From the NCBI RefSeq assembly GCF_013365455.1, contig NZ_CP046578.1:300001-332000 (forward strand): a DNA stretch of 32,000 bases, given 5' to 3'. The position numbers and the translations under genes are program-made. The notes beneath the pieces are model-generated. The model ran no database searches, was not told the DNA's origin, and worked only from the letters and a program-made list of their open reading frames with translations. The stretch comes from Wolbachia endosymbiont of Dirofilaria (Dirofilaria) immitis. GTDB taxonomy: Bacteria; Pseudomonadota; Alphaproteobacteria; Rickettsiales; Anaplasmataceae. Positions 29,929-32,000 of this stretch are shown piece after piece. How positions within the stretch are numbered: the first letter of the stretch is position 1; every line of letters begins with the position of its first letter.

Positions 29929-30657
29929 TTATATTAAACTTTCCATTTTATATTGGGAATCAGATGCAACTCCGTATACTCTATTTGGTGGGATGATTTT
30001 ATTTTTTATACCAAAGTTAATGCCTTTAGTTATAGCTGCTAGTACTTTTTCAAGGTTGCAATCTGCTCCGGGGACACGGTGTTCTAAGCGACATTTGCCA
30101 CTGCAACTTAAAATCCTAATTGCAGCAGTTCTATTATTCACACCCCAACTAACTGTAGTTGGGGTGTGAATATCCGGATATTGAAATCTGAGATATGAGT
30201 TATTATTGGGAGCAAAGAATAACATATCTTTTTTCATCATAGCACATAACCCACCAATGCTGTAAATCAAGAAGTCACTATACCTTTGTTTACTGTAATA
30301 AAATAAGTTGCTATTGTGTAAGTCAACTAAATTGACGTGCACGTTTAATGCACTGCCTGCTCTATCTAAGTAAGGTTTTGCTTTAAAGGAAACATTACCA
30401 CCAAGTTTTTGTGCTGTTTCAGTAATTAATCCTTTTGCTAACTCAAAATTCTTAATTAAGTTATTAAAGTCCATGTAACAACCACTTTTTGTTTCATATT
30501 GATGTATAGAGCTCTCTTTCTCACAGGAAAATCCAAGTAAAGCTATTTTATCTTTAACACTATTGAGAAATAAATACTCTTTCTCTATTCCTTCTGTATA
30601 AAATTCTAATTCAATTCCAAATTGTACATGACAGTTCAAATTATCTAATATGTTCAT
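29929..30657 (-). CDS. glutamine synthetase-family protein, apparently short at the C-terminus
   Basis: FGIELEFYTEG, GSALNVHVNL, TTVSWGVNNRTAAIRI...RLEHRVPGADCNLEKVLAAI, matching GS catalytic-domain motif order. Ends at ASDSQYKMESLI, where GS proteins normally continue. Confidence 0.75.
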   Translation of the reverse strand: MNILDNLNCHVQFGIELEFYTEGIEKEYLFLNSVKDKIALLGFSCEKESSIHQYETKSGCYMDFNNLIKNFELAKGLITETAQKLGGNVSFKAKPYLDRAGSALNVHVNLVDLHNSNLFYYSKQRYSDFLIYSIGGLCAMMKKDMLFFAPNNNSYLRFQYPDIHTPTTVSWGVNNRTAAIRILSCSGKCRLEHRVPGADCNLEKVLAAITKGINFGIKNKIIPPNRVYGVASDSQYKMESLI

Positions 30658-30966
30658 AGATTTACTTCAGTAAGTTTATATTAAGTTAATTATATTTATA
30701 CTAGCACTTTACTTTTTGCTAATAGATTTAATACCCTATTTATGTAGTGTATTGTTGTTTTTTAATGCATTGCTAACTCTTGAAGCAAGTTATGGCTTAT
30801 TTGTTGAAAGAAAAATGATCAATTTTAGTACTTTTATACCCTTTACAACTTATCAAAAATCACCATAATTTTTAGTGTATATTGAGTATTGTTGGCTTTT
30901 CACTTTGCAGTAAGCTGTTGATTATCTTTTATTTTTCTAATTGTTACTTTTTTCTTGGTATGGTGT

Positions 30967-32000
30967 ATGAGCTTAATTAACCCTAAGGTTTCTGCTATGT
31001 TTTTTGACCAGATTGTTACAGTGACAGATCATAACATTGCTTGGGAGAAAATCCAGAATTGTCTTTATAATCTTTATGGAGAGGCAACATATAACAGCTG
31101 GCTAAGTTCACTTAGGTTTATCAGTAGTAGTAACGAGGAAGTTTTATTGTCTGTGCCAACAAGATTTATAAAGGAATGGATTACAGTTCATTATATGGAG
31201 AAGATATTATCTTTATGGCAAAGTGAGGATAAGAGTATACGTTCTATTGATATTCGGGTAACTGAGGGAAAGGATTTAAATTCTAATGTTATAGCAAGAA
31301 GCAAGGAGGAGAATAGTCATGGTCTTGGTTCACCACTTGACCCGAGATTTACCTTTGATAATTTTGTGGTAGGAAAGCCAAATGAACTAGCGTTTACGGC
31401 TGCGAAGCGTGTAGCAGAGGTGGATCCAATACCAGGTAGCAATCCTCTGTTTCTATATGGTGGAGTAGGGCTTGGTAAAACACACCTTATGCATGCTATA
31501 GCTTGGCACATAGTCAATTCTCTTCTGGAAAAGAGAAAAGTAGTGTATTTATCGGCAGAAAAATTCATGTATCAATATATTACAGCACTGCGAAGTAAAG
31601 ATATCATGTTATTTAAAGAACAATTTAGGTCGGTAGATGTGTTAATGGTAGACGACGTGCAGTTCATTAGTGGTAAAGATAGTACACAGGAAGAGTTTTT
31701 TCACACTTTTAATGCATTAATAGATCAAAATAAGCAGTTGGTTATATCAGCTGATAGATCTCCTAGTGATCTTGATGGGGTAGAGGAAAGGATAAAATCT
31801 CGGCTTGGTTGGGGATTGGTAGCAGATATTAATGAAACGACTTTTGAGTTAAGGCTTGGTATATTGCAGGCTAAGGTAGAACAAATGAATATATATGTTC
31901 CGGATGATGTTTTAGAGTTTCTAGCAAGAAACATAAAATCTAATATAAGAGAGCTAGAGGGAGCCTTAAATAAAGTTGCTCATACTTCATTGATTGGAAG
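30967..32000 (+). CDS. dnaA: chromosomal replication initiator protein DnaA, N-terminal part (truncated by window edge; absent from supplied ORF track)
   Basis: Translated by eye from ATG 30967: [51 protein letters not shown]...[28 protein letters not shown]...[22 protein letters not shown]...[13 protein letters not shown]...[14 protein letters not shown]...[14 protein letters not shown]. Open to base 32000. Confidence 0.97.
   Translation, partial: MSLINPKVSAMFFDQIVTVTDHNIAWEKIQNCLYNLYGEATYNSWLSSLRFISSSNEEVLLSVPTRFIKEWITVHYMEKILSLWQSEDKSIRSIDIRVTEGKDLNSNVIARSKEENSHGLGSPLDPRFTFDNFVVGKPNELAFTAAKRVAEVDPIPGSNPLFLYGGVGLGKTHLMHAIAWHIVNSLLEKRKVVYLSAEKFMYQYITALRSKDIMLFKEQFRSVDVLMVDDVQFISGKDSTQEEFFHTFNALIDQNKQLVISADRSPSDLDGVEERIKSRLGWGLVADINETTFELRLGILQAKVEQMNIYVPDDVLEFLARNIKSNIRELEGALNKVAHTSLIG

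Noticed and set aside
30660-30966. dnaA upstream region as a replication origin
   Set aside because: No DnaA-box cluster or AT-rich repeat array seen, and in Rickettsiales dnaA often does not mark oriC. GC-skew over the whole chromosome would be needed.
1-32000. CRISPR arrays, tandem repeats, IS elements, prophage, toxin-antitoxin or other defence systems
   Set aside because: Looked for regular repeat-spacer units, transposase/integrase motifs and adjacent small gene pairs. None seen.

Overview
The window looks like an AT-rich, reductively evolving alphaproteobacterial (Rickettsiales/Anaplasmataceae) chromosome, most likely Wolbachia. That placement is inference from protein sequence style and gene content. 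Supported content, left to right: 3' end of carB; tRNA-Asp(GTC) on minus; the colinear block rpsB-tsf-pyrH-frr-uppS-cdsA; a small zinc-finger protein and a frameshifted coaD on minus; tRNA-Phe(GAA); a C26/class-I glutamine amidotransferase-like gene whose start codon lies at the apex of a perfect 38+38 bp palindrome; ppdK; glpX; ychF (minus); a CCA tRNA nucleotidyltransferase; an mrp/apbC-type ATPase whose N-terminal domain is broken by frameshifts; a ubiH-type monooxygenase; a Bcr/CflA-type MFS transporter; purA; a glutamine synthetase-family gene (minus) that looks 3'-truncated; and the 5' part of dnaA, running off the right edge. Only about 59% of the window is recognisable coding. The rest is long spacers (largest 7860-11659) with few or no credible ORFs, plus several candidate decayed genes. 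I saw no IS element, prophage, CRISPR array, toxin-antitoxin, restriction-modification or defence cassette. The best leads are the palindrome fused to an ORF start and the specific gene-decay events in coaD and mrp. I did not find convincing evidence of a new biological system.
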